From assembly GCF_006345805.1 (NCBI RefSeq), contig NC_043018.1:24986001-25050000 (forward strand): a stretch of DNA of 64,000 nt. The letters are read 5' to 3'. The position numbers and the translations under genes were made by a program. Below the pieces are notes generated by a model, which ran no database searches, was not told where the DNA came from, and saw nothing but the letters and a program-made list of their open reading frames with translations. The stretch comes from Octopus sinensis (Eukaryota). Position 1 is the stretch's first letter; the number at the start of each line of letters is the position of its first letter. Below, piece after piece: positions 39,447 through 53,944 of the stretch.

Positions 39447-39559
39447 TATATATATATATATATAGTTAATCCAATCGTAAAAGCACAAAAAAACACAACA
39501 ACGCGAGGACGTGGAACAGATATAGTATTATTGGACGCTCCGCTCAGGAAAGAAGGAGG

Positions 39560-39594
39560 GTCTAGCGTTTCGAGCGAAGCTCTTCGTCGGAAAC
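39560..39594 (-). ncRNA. Degenerate minimal hammerhead-like motif
   Basis: Minus strand GTTT-CCGACGA-A-GAGC-TTC-GCTC-GAAA-CG-CT-AGAC; U16.1 is replaced by C. Lies in an element adjoining (TA)n. Confidence 0.45.
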
Positions 39595-39992
39595 ATAGGA
39601 GAAGGAAAGATCCAGAGAAGGGAAGACAGAGGAAAGAAAATCGCCAACGGTACACACGCGGTCACGGGTTATTGTTTTGTACCTCGTCCGTCCCACTAAC
39701 CGTCTCGTTTCGAGCCCGACTCGTTTTGTTATGGTTTGGTCCCCTTCCCGGCAAGCTTCTTACCGGTGCTGCCAGAGTGGAGGCAATATTATCGATAATG
39801 GCCGAAATTGCGTTCGACCTCTTTAGCCGATGAGGAGTTGGTGACCTTCTGTATTTTCTGTTCGCTTGTGTATTTAGTATATGTTCCTTTGTTTATTTAC
39901 TACACGTTTTTTTTAATATATATATATATATAGTGCCCCAGCTTGACCGCAGCTTTGAAGCTGAAACAGTTTAAAGATGGATGGATGAATGG

Positions 39993-40068
<76 letters not shown>

Positions 40069-40172
40069 TGTGTGTGGTGTGTGTGTGTGTGAACGTCTAC
40101 GTTTGTTTTATGAAAACATGTTTTTACGTGTCTTAAGTATTTACGCGGTCAGAAGTGTGCAAACTACATATA

Positions 40173-40570
40173 TAGGCGCAGGAGTGCTGTGTGATAGGAA
40201 GCTTGCTTACCAACTACATGGTTCCGGGTTCACTCCCACTGCGTAGCACCTCGGGCAGGTGTCCTCTACTATAGCTTCAGGCCGACCAAAGCCTTGTCAG
40301 TGGATTTGATAGACGGAAACTGAAAGAAGTCCGTCGTATACATGTGCGTTCGTGTGTGTGTGTGTGTGTGTGTGTCCAACATCGATTGACAACCGATGCT
40401 GCCAGCTCAACGCCTTAATAATAATGTTTACGTCCCCGTAACTTAGTTATTCGGCAAAGGAGACCGACAGAATAAGTACTAGGCTTACAAAGAATAAGTC
40501 TTGCGGTCGATTTGCTCGACTAAAGGTGGTACTCCAGCATGGCCGCAATCAAATGACTGAAACAGCTAAA
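40173..40570 (+). mobile_element. Family A SINE
   Basis: Full head, core and tail. Further full copies at 51417-51795(+), 54688-55127(+), 59005-59352(-) and 60516-60915(+). Confidence 0.9.
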
Positions 40571-40616
40571 CGAATATAAGAATGTATATATGTGTGTGTG
40601 TGTGTGTGTGTGTATG

Positions 40617-40702
<86 letters not shown>

Positions 40703-41078
40703 GTGTATGTGTGAACGTACACGCTCGCAGAAAACCGCGAATGCATTTGTTATACATCATGATCAGCTTTTTCGTTCTACAGACATAATAAAGGCTGACT
40801 CACACACACACACACACATATGTACGCACGCACACACACGCTCGAAACAGCCCCATGTATATACACACGCACACAGACGTAAATATTTATATAGGCATTT
40901 GTTTATAATATCATCCGCGCGCATATACACAGGAGCACACCTTACCTTATAGACAGACACCCTTATCAGCGATTTATCTTATTTTCCCTACTGGGACTAC
41001 TTTCCTATTAGTTCAGGGTTTTTAATACATGATATTTCTTCCCTTTGTGCTACATACACGCGTGAATGTTCTTTAATT

Positions 41079-41113
<35 letters not shown>

Positions 41114-41679
41114 CATACATACATACATACATACATACCCAAACACACATATACTCACGCACATTTACATACTCGTACGCATGCGCACATGCACATGTAT
41201 ACACACATTCGCTCAAACAACGACACACTCAGACAAGAAAGTAATATTTCGAACGCATTTCGAAAGATTGAGTATGTTACCGTTATAAGATAGGAAAAGT
41301 TGCCAGCAGACAGCCACGGGACACGAACCCGTAACCGTCAAATATCAGCTGAGTAGTCTATCATTAAGTTAAACGACCCACTGAAACAAACTCCGACAAA
41401 TTAAATACTAAATATTATAGCTTTTGGGATGCAACATTTTGCAAACAAACTTTGGTATATATATGCGTTTAGTATTTAACTGGCGATAAAAAAGAGTGCT
41501 CAATACCATTGTAGAGATTAAAATAGATTTTAGTCGAGTCAGTATCTTGTTGCTCGATAATAATTTTGTGTAGTGTTAACTGTGCAGATCATCGGTTTCA
41601 TCCGTCATACGTTTGTCTTATTTGAAATTCTCAAAGGATGAAATTGGACGTATTGGACTTGAAATTAACACTAAGATTG

Positions 41680-41815
41680 TAGGTCCTAGTCCCTGGATGC
41701 GATGACAGTGACATCGTCCGCATACGCTGTGACTGACTTCCCATACCCTAAATCTTGCAGGTCTCCACTCGTCGCCTCCAATATTCGCAGTAGTGGCTCG
41801 ACAGCCAATACATAT
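41680..41815 (-). pseudogene. L1/Tx1-clade LINE reverse transcriptase fragment
   Basis: Minus strand reads YVLAVEPLLRILE..GYGKSVTAYADDVTVIAS (EPL motif plus YADD catalytic motif). Confidence 0.75.
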
Positions 41816-42204
41816 CTTCCCACAACAATTTCCTTTCACAAATCGGATTTCGAAAGCTATTCACGAAAAGTTGCACATATACCGACAACAATATTTCTGT
41901 TTTTGAGTTATGTGATATATGTCTCACAGAGAAATTCTACATTCTCCATGATAATATCCCAGTCTAAAATAAATGGAATGAGTGAATTTCGATTTGCTGA
42001 TATATCCCAAAATTTTACCGTAATAATTTCGAAGAAGGCTTTCTTTCTTTGCCGCCAACTAATAATTTAAAGCACTAACACCACCTAAAAGAGCGTTATT
42101 AATTTCAGCCTTGCACAGTGGATAGTCAACTGACCAAGCAAGACCACTGTTCGGACTGCATTTTTCTCACGTACATTGACATAAGGCTCTACATATTCTC
42201 TCCA

Positions 42205-42235
<31 letters not shown>

Positions 42236-42336
42236 AATTTACCTACTTCTCTATCTGTTATATCACTGTCTGTCTCTCACTATTGCCTTAGGATTTGCCA
42301 CGTTCATCAACGCTATCATCTCTTTCCTCCTTTCTT

Positions 42337-42387
<51 letters not shown>

Positions 42388-43042
42388 ATCTATTTAATGT
42401 ATTTATATCTCTTTCATTATCCATCTGACCATTTTTAATCTGATAAAGACGGAGCCAGAGACAAACAAAGAGAGAGACGGGGAGTAAAAGAAAGAGAAGG
42501 AGATACATTAAGGGAGAATAAGCCACAAATAGAGAAAACAAATAAACAAACAAACAACGAGAAGGTAAGAAAAGGAAGGTTAACGAAAAGCAGAAAGGAG
42601 ACGCGCTTCTCGTCACATAAAATATGTGCGCAATGTGACAAGATAAATTAAAATATACAATTAATTACAATTATGAACCTCCGACTAACACTCCTTTTAA
42701 ACTTTCTATATTTCTATTTTCTCCCACTGCTACCCTTTTGCAAATTTCTCTTTCTCTTTCTTTTTCTTCTGCTACTCCTCGTTTTCAACTTTCTTCGTTT
42801 CCTCAAGAGTTTCTTTTGGTTAGAATCAGATTTAGCTTCTCTTTTTTTTTTTTTTGGTTTTTTTTCTATTTAAAAAAATAAAAATAATGTTTAACAAAGT
42901 TTTCCCGTGACATGTCGAATAATAATATACGTATGACTTCGTGAGAATTCGCATTGTAGTTTCTGAAATAAAAGACCAACAGACGTGTGCTTGCATTCGC
43001 GCGCGCACACACAAACACACATACACAAATACACAGACAAAC

Positions 43043-43113
<71 letters not shown>

Positions 43114-43129
43114 AGAACAGACAGAAACA

Positions 43130-43190
43130 AGATAGATAGAGAGATAGATAGATAGATAAGATAGATAGATAGACAGATAGATAGATAGAT

Positions 43191-43252
<62 letters not shown>

Positions 43253-43288
43253 CAGGCAGACAGACAAACATATAGATAGATAGAATAG

Positions 43289-43368
<80 letters not shown>
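43130..43368. repeat. (GATA)n microsatellite
   Basis: Directly visible; others at ~46195-46305 and 60095-60245. Confidence 0.95.
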
Positions 43369-44393
43369 CTGGCTTTTAAGTTAGTATATAGCTTTTAAGC
43401 AACTGACCCCAAATGGGAAGATCTGCAGACAGATCTCTGACTTGTTTTGGAGAATTTGTTGCAATTGCTTCCTGCAGATCATATTCGTTGCAAAAAAATC
43501 ATGTAAAGAAAATCGCCGAAAACAATCGTAGTAATGAAAACATAGGAGTAAAAAAATTTGTCTCAAAAAGTCACGTAAAAAAATCGCCAAATACTATCAC
43601 AGTAACGAAAACTTGGGAATCCCAAATTTCAGGATTGTGGGTCCGGATTCGGCCCGGAATGTTTTAATTTACTCATGGAGTTAGCCTGATTCCAAAACAG
43701 TATGATATGTTGGGCTACGGCCTCTAGGAATAAAGTGGTATTTCGCTTGCCGTTAGGTTTTGAGTTCGAATTCCGCCGAGGTCGACTTTGCCTTTCTTCC
43801 TTTCGAGGTCGATAAAATTACGTACTGGGGGTCTATGTAATCGACTTAATCCCTTCCCCCAAAATTTGAGGCCTTGTGCTTCCAGTAGAAAGAACTTATT
43901 AAAGTTGAAAAAGTGTGTCATACTGACATTCACATTTATTATGTTAGATATGTTTAATTTTGGGGAAACTTTATTTCAATTAAAGTGTATTTTACATATG
44001 TGTGTATATATATATATGTATGTATTAAAAAAAACAAAAAGAAAACCAAAAATGATAGTGTTCAGTATGTTGGCGACAGGAATTTCTGTCAAAGAGACAT
44101 GGTTAAACAAAGTTGTACATCATCTCCCTCTTTCTCTCTTTTATTATTACTCCCACTACCACCATCAACACTACTTTTAATAAAGCATCATCATTTCTCC
44201 CTCAATTTCTTTGTCTCTCTCTCTCCCTCTCTTTCTCTTTCTCTCTCTCTCCCTGTCTTCGTCCCCGCCCTCACCATCTCTGTGCTACTATTACTTTCAC
44301 TCCATCATGAGTAATAGTAGGAGTGTCATTGAATAGTGAGGAGGGTCTGAGATTGACACACTGACACACAGAAATTAGTTTTCGCATTTATAT

Positions 44394-44427
<34 letters not shown>

Positions 44428-46194
44428 TGGGGTAGCATATATGTATGCGTGTATGTACGTGCATGCGTATATGTTGTGTGTGTGTACGTGCATGCATATG
44501 TTTTGTGCGTGTGAGTGTGTGTGTGTGTGTATGTGCGCATGTGTGTGTGCGTGCGTGCATGGATATAGCAGTATATAATATGATCCTGTGTATACAAAGA
44601 GACAGAATGTCATTGACCGGAACGGTTTCTTCATAAATCATAGTGAGATCAATAACAACAACAAGTACCAGTAATTCAGGTTGGGAATTTTATTTAACAA
44701 CACCATCCTATGCCTATAAAGCTGCATTCTTCAATCCAGTGTTTGGCTTTATATATGTATTTTTGTTTTGTTATGGTTATTTCTTTGTTTCTGATTTTAA
44801 ATTCCTAAACATTTTAAACCTCAAACAGCCATGTTTGAATTGTCAAGCTGTCACGATGGTGGCGGCGGCGGTGGCAGTGGTGGTTGTGGTGGTGGTATTG
44901 GTGACAGCGGTGGTGGTAGCGGGAGTGGCAGCAATTGTAGGAGCGGCGGCGATGGTGGTGGTGGTAGTGGTTGAGGAAGGGATAAGTTTAAGAAAGGGTG
45001 AAAGAGGCATGGAAAGAAAGTAGGAGACAGAGAGAGGGAGTATTTAATATAGAGAAAATGTCAGAGAGAAAATAGAGGAGTGGAAAGAGTAGTGAGAGAA
45101 ACACGTACAAAATGTAGGCGTAGGGGAGAGAGCGAGAGAGAGAGAGAGAGAGAGATGGTATAAGAAATATAAAGAGAATAAAAAAGAGAGACGAAGAGAG
45201 AGAGAGATATGAGGTGGGCGAAGGAGAAAGAGAAATGAAAGCGAGAGAGGAAGAATGAGACTCAAAGACAAAGCGAGATCCTTTCTACGTATGTTACCAA
45301 CCTTCAAGTGGCTTCAAATATTTGGCTACAGTTCTTTGGAGAAGCTGCTGCTGTTTGACACGAGGTCAGATGTCACCTAAAACCGAGGTCATTTGACCGT
45401 GACTGGGTGCTTCTTTTTAATTAGATTTTTTACTTATTTGGCCCCTTCTAACCTTCTACTTCACACAAATAAACTGACCCTCCTTTCATCTCATGTTGAT
45501 TTTTCTAAAACTAATGTTGTTCATTTTTTTTCTTTTTGTCTTACTTTGAAAAAAGGGTCAAAGTGTTTTTGAGAGTTTGTGAGAGAGTGTGTGTCTATGT
45601 GAGAGAGTGTGTGTGTGAGCGAGTGTGAGAGAGTGTGCGAGAGTAGTATGTGAGAGAGTGTGTGTCTATGTGAGAGAGTGTGTGTGTGAGCGAGTGTGTG
45701 TAGAGAGAGAGAGAAAGAATGTGAGAGTGTGTGTGAGAGAGAATGTGTAGAGAGAGTGTGTGTGCGAGAGAGAGGGAGAGTATGTGAGAGAGAGTGTGAC
45801 CGTGTGAGACACAGATGTGTGTGAGCACGTGTGAGAGAGACGGAGAGTGTGTGTGTGTGTACGTGTCAGAGAGACGGAGAGTGTGTGTGTGTGTACGTGT
45901 CAGAGAGACGGAGAGTGTGTGTGTGTGTACGTGTCAGAGAGACGGGGAGTGTGTGTGTACGTGTGAGAGTGTGTGTGTGTGTGCACACGTGTATGTGCGT
46001 GGGAGAGAGAGAGAGTGTGTGTTTGTACGTGCGCGTTGAGGGGATGAAAAGGAAAATTTGATAGATTTAACGGTTTCAAATTTTAGTACAAGGCCAGCAT
46101 TTTTGAGGAGATAAGCGAAATAAACGTCGCGATGGATCTTTGTCCGGCATGTTAACGATTTTGCCTGCTTGCCACCTGTTTCAAATTTAGGCAC

Positions 46195-46303
<109 letters not shown>

Positions 46304-46380
46304 TAGAAACTAACGTGCAGAAAGAGTACTCACTCCTTACATAACATAGAGTAAATAACGATTAAAAACTGATACTACAT

Positions 46381-46871
46381 GAGTGGTTCTCAGCCGGGGT
46401 GCACATGACTCTTGGGAGTCGAAGATCCATCACTGACGAGACCAAGGAAGGTCGAAATCACGTGACCTGGTGGTGCCAGCGCTTTAGCTGGCAGGGATTT
46501 ATCTCCCCTGCTAGCAATATAAATAAGAATGCATTTTGCACCAAAAGCCAACATGAGAAAGTCTTTCTCGGGGTAAATACCGCAGTATAGTTTGTTCTAA
46601 CACGACATTCACGTTTAGGTGAGGATAAATATTACCTGTCGGTTTTAATTCTACCTCTGTCGCTAATACATATTTGTTGTTGAACTTTATGAGCTATAAG
46701 TCTACAATACACAAAATATTTTAGCAATTTTTTATGCAGTTCTTAGTAATATTTGATTATGACAAATATAATAGGATTTTTTAAAACACGAATGGCTATA
46801 GACATCCATCCAAGTAAAATGGGTTTCAAAGGAGCCCATAGACAAAAAAAAAATAGTTGAAAAAATCACTG
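46381..46871. mobile_element. Degenerate hAT(Charlie)-type MITE
   Basis: Left end GAGTGGTTCTCAGCC and right end GTTGAAAAATCACTG resemble CAGTGGTTCTCAACC TIRs; no clear TSD seen. Confidence 0.5.
46427..46473 (+). ncRNA. Type I hammerhead motif with a single U16.1C change
   Basis: CCATCA-CTGACGA-GACC-AAGGAA-GGTC-GAAA-TCACGTGA-CC-TGGTGG: 6-bp stem I, perfect stem II, 8-nt palindromic stem III. Confidence 0.75.
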
Positions 46872-48250
46872 CTTTACATAGTTGTTACTCCGAGTCATGC
46901 GTTTCCGCTATTCGCCACCTACCTACTTTTGTCATACATGAGACATGTAGAGAGAGGGAGAGAGTGAGAGGGGGGGAGGCATTTATGTAGGTAGGTGTAC
47001 CGACTATATTGAGGAGGGAGACATTATGTATAGGGAAGACTTCAATAGCAGAGAATGCTTTATTGTGAGTGAATGGAGCTAAGAAGAATACAAATGCACG
47101 CCTGATTAGACAGTAAGTTACTGGTATTTCAGTACATTCGGTCCAAATAGTTTCATTGTGTCCTTAAAACTGGAAAGTAAAGAAATAAGTCAAGTTCATT
47201 GGTTTGATTTTCTTCGGTAGTTCTCGTCTGTTTCCGGACGTTTTCGAACGCCTTTCCTTTTCGTTTTTTTTTAAATTATCTACGCCATTTTATTTTCTCT
47301 TTATTTTCCTTTCTCTCTTTCGCATGTTTGAAATAACAATAACAGCAACAACAACAACAATAAACTCGAAGAGAAATACAAAAATTTATGTGATCTACGC
47401 TTACTTTATCATCTCTATCTTTCTATCTATTTTCACTCGCTTAGCCTCTCTCTCTCTCTCTTTCTCTCTCTCTTACTTTCTCTATCATTCTTTCTCTCTC
47501 TCTCTCTTACTTTCTCTCTCTTTCTCTTTTTTCTCTCGCTTAGCCTTGCCTTTTTCTCTCTTTCTCTCGCACAGCTTTTCTCTCTCCCTCTTTCTTTCTC
47601 TCGCCCAACCTCTTTCTCTCTGTTCCTTTATCAAGTAACGATGAGAGCTGGTATTGCATGCAAAGAAGTGACAACGCAAACATATTACACAAAATTATAT
47701 ATATAACTATACATACACACATACACACAAACACACATACACGCGTGCATTACTACATAAAAAAGATATACAAACGAAGGGAAAGGCAGTTCACTTGCAC
47801 CGATACATCTTAACGCTAGGTGTCGTTGAAGTCGTAGTTCTCAGAATGCAAAGACGGGGAACAAATACTGAAAGACTTTCTGACAGGTCCACCAGTTTAC
47901 TGTCTATATTTTATCGACCCCAAAAGGATGAAAAGCAAAATTGATTTCGGTAAGGTTTGAACTCAGAGTGCAGAAAATCAGGACAAATAACATGAAGTAT
48001 ACTGACTCGCTTACGACTCTAACAATTAATTAAATCTACTTAATTAGTCACTCATAGGAGTAGTTCCGTTGCTCTTTTAGAAAGTGTCCTGACGGTGTAT
48101 CCGTGTGATAAGAAGCTTACTTCGCAACCACATGGTCCCGGGTTCAGTCCCGTTGCGTGGCACCTTGGGCAAGTGTCTTCTATAATACCCTCGGGACGAT
48201 CAAAGCTTTGTGAGTGGATTTGGGAGGCGGAAACTGAAAGAAGTCCGTCA

Positions 48251-48286
<36 letters not shown>

Positions 48287-48561
48287 GGGCACAAACACAA
48301 AGGGACACAGACGCACACACACACAAACACACACACGCACGCATATATGCATAACGTTTGTGCGACAGATAGACAGACTGATAGACAGACAGACAAACAG
48401 ATAGGTTGTAGGAAAAATTTGTTTTCGCTCAAAGGTTACGCTTTGCTAAGAAGCGAGTGCTTGAAGGTCCATAAATGTTTGCCTATGACTATGTTCGTAT
48501 CCAGATGTACGTTGACTACCAATTTATGTGCGTATGTGTATGGGCATGTATATGCTTGTGC

Positions 48562-48609
<48 letters not shown>

Positions 48610-49069
48610 GTGCTTAACTTGTGTTTCACTAAAATAGTTGCTGAAATACATCTGGATCTAGTTTATTCCTTTGCTAGCCTACTTTTATATTACGCAGCAT
48701 TAACATACATCAAGACACACAGACACACACACACATGCGCGCGAGCGTGTGTGTGTATATATATACATGCTACATGCACTTGTGTGTATGCTAACAAGTA
48801 TATATATATATATATGAACACACACACACACACACAACATTATTGATATTAATCTTTATTAACACACATCATCGGCATATACTCACACAAGTATATACAC
48901 ATTCGAACAGAAAACACACCGACTCGTTTATACACTCTTAGTAGTTTTCTTTTGTTACTGATGTACACACACACGCACGCGCACGCACATACACACATAC
49001 ATTATCGCGATTCTCTCCAGTTTTGATGTTTGTCTGAGTTATCTATGTCATGTCTCAGCGTTTTCCCGC

Positions 49070-49140
49070 AGTTTAAGAGACGCAACACTTTCCTCAACGC
49101 ATGCGCTGTTCCCAGTATGTCCACCCGCTGTGTGTGTGCC
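49070..49140 (-). pseudogene. RLE-type LINE extreme C-terminal fragment
   Basis: QRVDILGTAHALRKVL resembles the Q..A.LGTA.ILRKVL terminus seen at 21830-21870. Confidence 0.5.
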
Positions 49141-49380
49141 TCCGATGGCGTCTTGTGGTTCCGACTACTCAAACCAGGCTCTTTCACGACCATCTGCGTG
49201 CGAAGCGCTCCTCACGAACGCTGGTTCGTGAGATGATCGTGATCTGTAAACAGTTTTGAGTAGGAACCGGAAAAAGAGATATGAACACGTAATGCGCATG
49301 TCAAACATACGCAAGTCAAACACACACGTACACATCCATCCATCCATCTTTAAACTGTTTCAGCTTTAAAGCTGCGGCAC

Positions 49381-49421
<41 letters not shown>

Positions 49422-49688
49422 GTATCTAATACATACTAATACATACACCAACCCTATACATACACACGTCCAGACCTCTCATACGCACTAATACTCTCTC
49501 ATACACACACACACACACACCCTTATGTTGGAGCTGGTCACTCAACCCTATTATCTCCCCTAATTTCGCTCTCGCGTCTCATGTTTGATCTTTGACTTCT
49601 GGCCGAAATCAGATCGCCATGTTGATTCGTTAGTTACTGCACGCATTTTTTTCTCTCCTTCTTTCTGTGTTTTTTTTCTCTCTGTGTA

Positions 49689-49822
49689 TCTTTCTGTTGA
49701 AGAGCGTAGGCTCGAAACGTTAAAGACTTGTTTTATTTATATCTCCTGAGCGCCATACTAATACAATTGTTTGTTTGTTTTCCACCTGCCTTCGTCTTTT
49801 GTCTATTTTCATAAGCTTCCCG

Positions 49823-49895
<73 letters not shown>

Positions 49896-50023
49896 AGGAG
49901 AATTTACAAAAAAAAAAACAAAAGACGAAGACAAGTGGTGTAGACAACAAACAGATGTATTAGTATAACGCTCGGAAGTGAAAAAATCTTTAACGTTTCG
50001 AGCCTACGCTCTTCCACAGAAAG
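49689..50023. mobile_element. Tail-to-tail pair of related short elements around (TA)n, each with a minimal hammerhead-like motif
   Basis: Plus strand TCTTT-CTGTTGA-A-GAGC-GTAG-GCTC-GAAA-CG-TT-AAAGA (49689-49726); minus strand CTTT-CTGTGGA-A-GAGC-GTAG-GCTC-GAAA-CG-TT-AAAG (49987-50023). The arms are homologous but diverged. Confidence 0.7.
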
Positions 50024-50957
50024 GAACACACAAAAAATACACAACAGGCTTCTTTCAGTTTCCGTCTCTCAAATCCACTCACAAAGCTGTGGTCGGCTCG
50101 AGGCTATAGTAGAAGACATCTGCCCAACGTGCCACGCAGTGGGACTGAACTTGGAACCATGTGGCTGGGAAGCCACTCCTGCGCCTATATTCAACAATAA
50201 AATAAAAATGAAAAGGTGACGTCTTTATACAAATCTGACAGATAGACAGAAATTTGATTATTTACGCGAAACTCTCTCAAACAAACGTTTTAAATCCGTT
50301 TTTATACACCCGTCTAATTTGTTGTCTCGTTTTCTTTTATTACCGAAATGACTGGATGTCGGGTGTGAGAGAGGTAAAATGAAATAACCTTAAATCCAAC
50401 GCCACCCCGAATCTCACCACCAACCGCCACCGCCACCACTACCGCCACCATAGAAATACTAAATACATCACTGAATAAACAGACCTATAAATAAAAATAC
50501 TTCTTTCTATTGTCCCGTTTTCTTAGTCGTAAAATGAAAAGCTTTCCTTCTATTTGTTAAATATACATAACCTCATGCGGTGACTTTCTGTCTATTCAAC
50601 AGGCTATATCTATGTATTAAAGAGTAGATTAATCGTATTTGCAGTCACGGTAGATTATATAAGGACGATTATAATCATTATTATTATTATTACTATTGTT
50701 GTTGTTGTTGTTATTAGTTTTATTATTAATATTATTATTATTATTATTTGTGGTGAGCTGGCAGAATCATTAACACGCCGGACGAAATACTTAACGGCAT
50801 TTCGTCTGTCCTCACGTTGTGAGTTCAAATGCCGCCGGGGTCGACTTTGCATTTCATCCTTTCCGGGTCGATAAATACCAGATACGCACTGGAGTCCATG
50901 TTATCGACTCATCCCCTCCTATCAAAATTTCAGACCTTGTGCCTATAGTAGAAAAAA

Positions 50958-50997
<40 letters not shown>

Positions 50998-52759
50998 CAT
51001 ATCATCATCATCATCATCATTATTGTCGTGGTGGTGAACTAGCAGAATCGTTAGCACGCCGGATAAAACGCATACCGACATTTCTTTCGTCTGTATGTTC
51101 TGAGTTCAAATTCCGCCGAGGTTGACTCCGCCTTTCATCTTCTCGGGGTCGATAAAATAAGTACAGCTGAGCACTAGTGCCGATATAGTCTACTAGTCCT
51201 CCCCACCACTAAATTTCAATCCTTCTGCCTATAGAGAAAGAATCATAGTTGCTGTTGTTTGTTGTTGTTGTCGTTACTTTCATTGTTCAAAGATTCTTAT
51301 ATTTAAACGTTTAGTTCTTAAATAGCCCAAAGCTTAAACGTACCTTAAAATCAGATTAGCCTAAATATCAAACATCCTCTTTAATATTCTGGTTGTTTGT
51401 AATAAAATAGTTTCTAAGGTGCAGGAGTGGCTGTGTGGTAAGTAACTTGCTTAGCAACCACATGGTTCCGGGTTCAGTCCCACTGCGTGACACCCTGGGC
51501 AAGTGTCTTCTACTATAGCCTTGGGCCGACCAAAGCCTTGTGAGTGGATTTGGTAGAAGGAAACTGAAAGAAGCCCGTCGTATACATATGTGTGTGTCTG
51601 TTTGTCACCCCCGCCATCGCTTGACAACAGTTGTTGGTGTGTTTACGTCCCCGTAACTTAGCGGTTCGGTAAAACGAACCGAGAAAATAAGTACGAGGCT
51701 TACAAAGAATGAATGCTGGGGTTGATTTGTTCGACAAAAGGCGGTGCTCCAGCACGACCGCAATCAAATGACTGAAACAAGTAAAAGAATAAAAGAAATA
51801 GGAAGAATACATACATACACACATGCGCACACATACATACACACACATATACACATACATACGCACACACATACATGCGTACATACACAAACATATATAA
51901 TACGCACATACATGCATATATACACACATACACATACATACGCACGCACACACATACAAACATAGATACATACACACATACATACATACACATGCACACA
52001 TAATGCATTAATACTCGGAAGGTTGGGCCTCAACCAAGCCTTTCGCGACACCCTTAAAGTCAGAAACTTTTCAGCGTCCCGACGTACACACGTACGTACG
52101 TACACGCACACACACATACATACATACATACACACATACATACATACATGCATACACACACACACACATACATACACACATACACACATACATACATACA
52201 TACATACATACATACATACATACATACATACATACATACATACATACGTGGTGTTTGCTTCAAATGATAACCGTCAGACATTCAACCTGATTGTTCTCTA
52301 CTTTCATCCTTGCATATGCACGGATGTGATTTTTCACGCCACGCATCCATCGCCATAGGACTTTATAAGATACAAAACGGATAAAAATAAAATGAGATGA
52401 TAGCCAGACATCTGTACGTCATTGGACTTTAAGTGACATAAGCTTGTACAACACATTTGCCGCTCTCTCGGTTCCCATCGTAGGTTCCAATGACAAGCAT
52501 TGCAAGATGGCTGGTCCTATTTTGACTATTTCTCCTAGAAGAACTGCCTTTCCCACGGCTTCGTCGAAAATAACAGGAGCTTCCTCTACCCATGGGAAAA
52601 CTATTTAACCTATAGATGGGTTGATATATTTTCGATTTATATTTCTTTCTGTCTCATCTTCTCCGTATGTCCATTGTCTTTGCTCGTCCATTTTCGCGCG
52701 TCAGTCAACTGGCTTTAGTCGGTCCGTCTATCTGTCTGTCTCTATCTCTCTTTCTCTCC

Positions 52760-52829
<70 letters not shown>

Positions 52830-53514
52830 CTCTCTGCCTCTGTATTCCTTCCTTCGCCTGTTTGCCTCTCATATTTTGTAAATAAAACGTTTGAAAATAG
52901 AGCTACAAATTATCGTATTATAGTATTTCACCGATATTTATTATAATTCGACTGAGTCTGGTAGACACACACACACACAGTGTCGCTAAATTTCCTCCAG
53001 CCCTATCCCTTTATCGTCCGTCTCTTTACCTCGTTTGTTACCTCCCCCTCCTCCTCCTCCTACTACTACTACTACTACTACTACTAATTTCAACCTCCGT
53101 ACACTTTCATCTTATGCTTCACTTTCCATCCTCTCACTCCCCCGCACTCTACTTTCAACACGTTCTACACTTACTCCACCTCTCCCTCTTCTCCTGCTTT
53201 CACATTAGTCTACACTTCTCCCTATTCCTTCTACCAATTCTCTCACCCCTCACCTCACTGTTTTCATCCTATTCACTTCCATCTCTTCCTCCTTTACCCT
53301 TAATCTGTCTCTATGAGTCTGTCTGTCTGTCTGTCTGTCTGTATGTATGTATGAACGAAAGAATGTTATGTTCTCTTTCTCTTATTATTTCAGAGTAGAT
53401 TTTGACTGGCCACCACCTCCTTGGTAGCAAGACTGTGAAGGAAAGTGTCTTCTTTTAACCATCATCCTTTAAATCTTAACAAGGTTTTGCAGATTTTTAT
53501 GATCCCAGATATAT

Positions 53515-53937
53515 TCTTTTCTACTCTAGGCATAAGGCCCGAAATTTTGGGCCAGTCGATTAGATCAACCCAAGGACGGAACTGGTACTTAATTTATCGA
53601 CTCCGAAAGGATGAAAGGCAAAATCGACCTCGGCGGAATTTGAACTCAGAACGCAGTGGCGGACGAAATACCGCTAAGCATTTCACCCGGCGTGCTAACG
53701 TTTCTTATTTCTTTATTACCCACAAGGGGCTAAACACAGAGGGGACAAACAAAGATAAACAAACGGATTAAGTCAATTATATCGACCCCAGTGCGTAACT
53801 GGTACTTATTTAATCGACCCCGGAAGGGTGAAAGGCAAAGTCGACCTTGGCGGAATTTGAACTCAGAACGTAGCGGCGGACGAAATACGGCTACGCATTT
53901 CGCCCGGCGTGCTAACGTTTCTGCCAGCTCGCCGCCA
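53515..53937 (-). mobile_element. Family B SINE dimer
   Basis: Two tandem Nin-like units on the minus strand. Confidence 0.85.
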
Positions 53938-53944
53938 TAAATGT

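Noticed and set aside
41310-41380. tRNA gene on the minus strand (also tRNA-like heads at 6812, 31839 and 55538)
   Set aside because: A/B-box-like sequence without a clean cloverleaf; the others continue into SINE bodies, so they are treated as SINE heads or pseudo-tRNAs.
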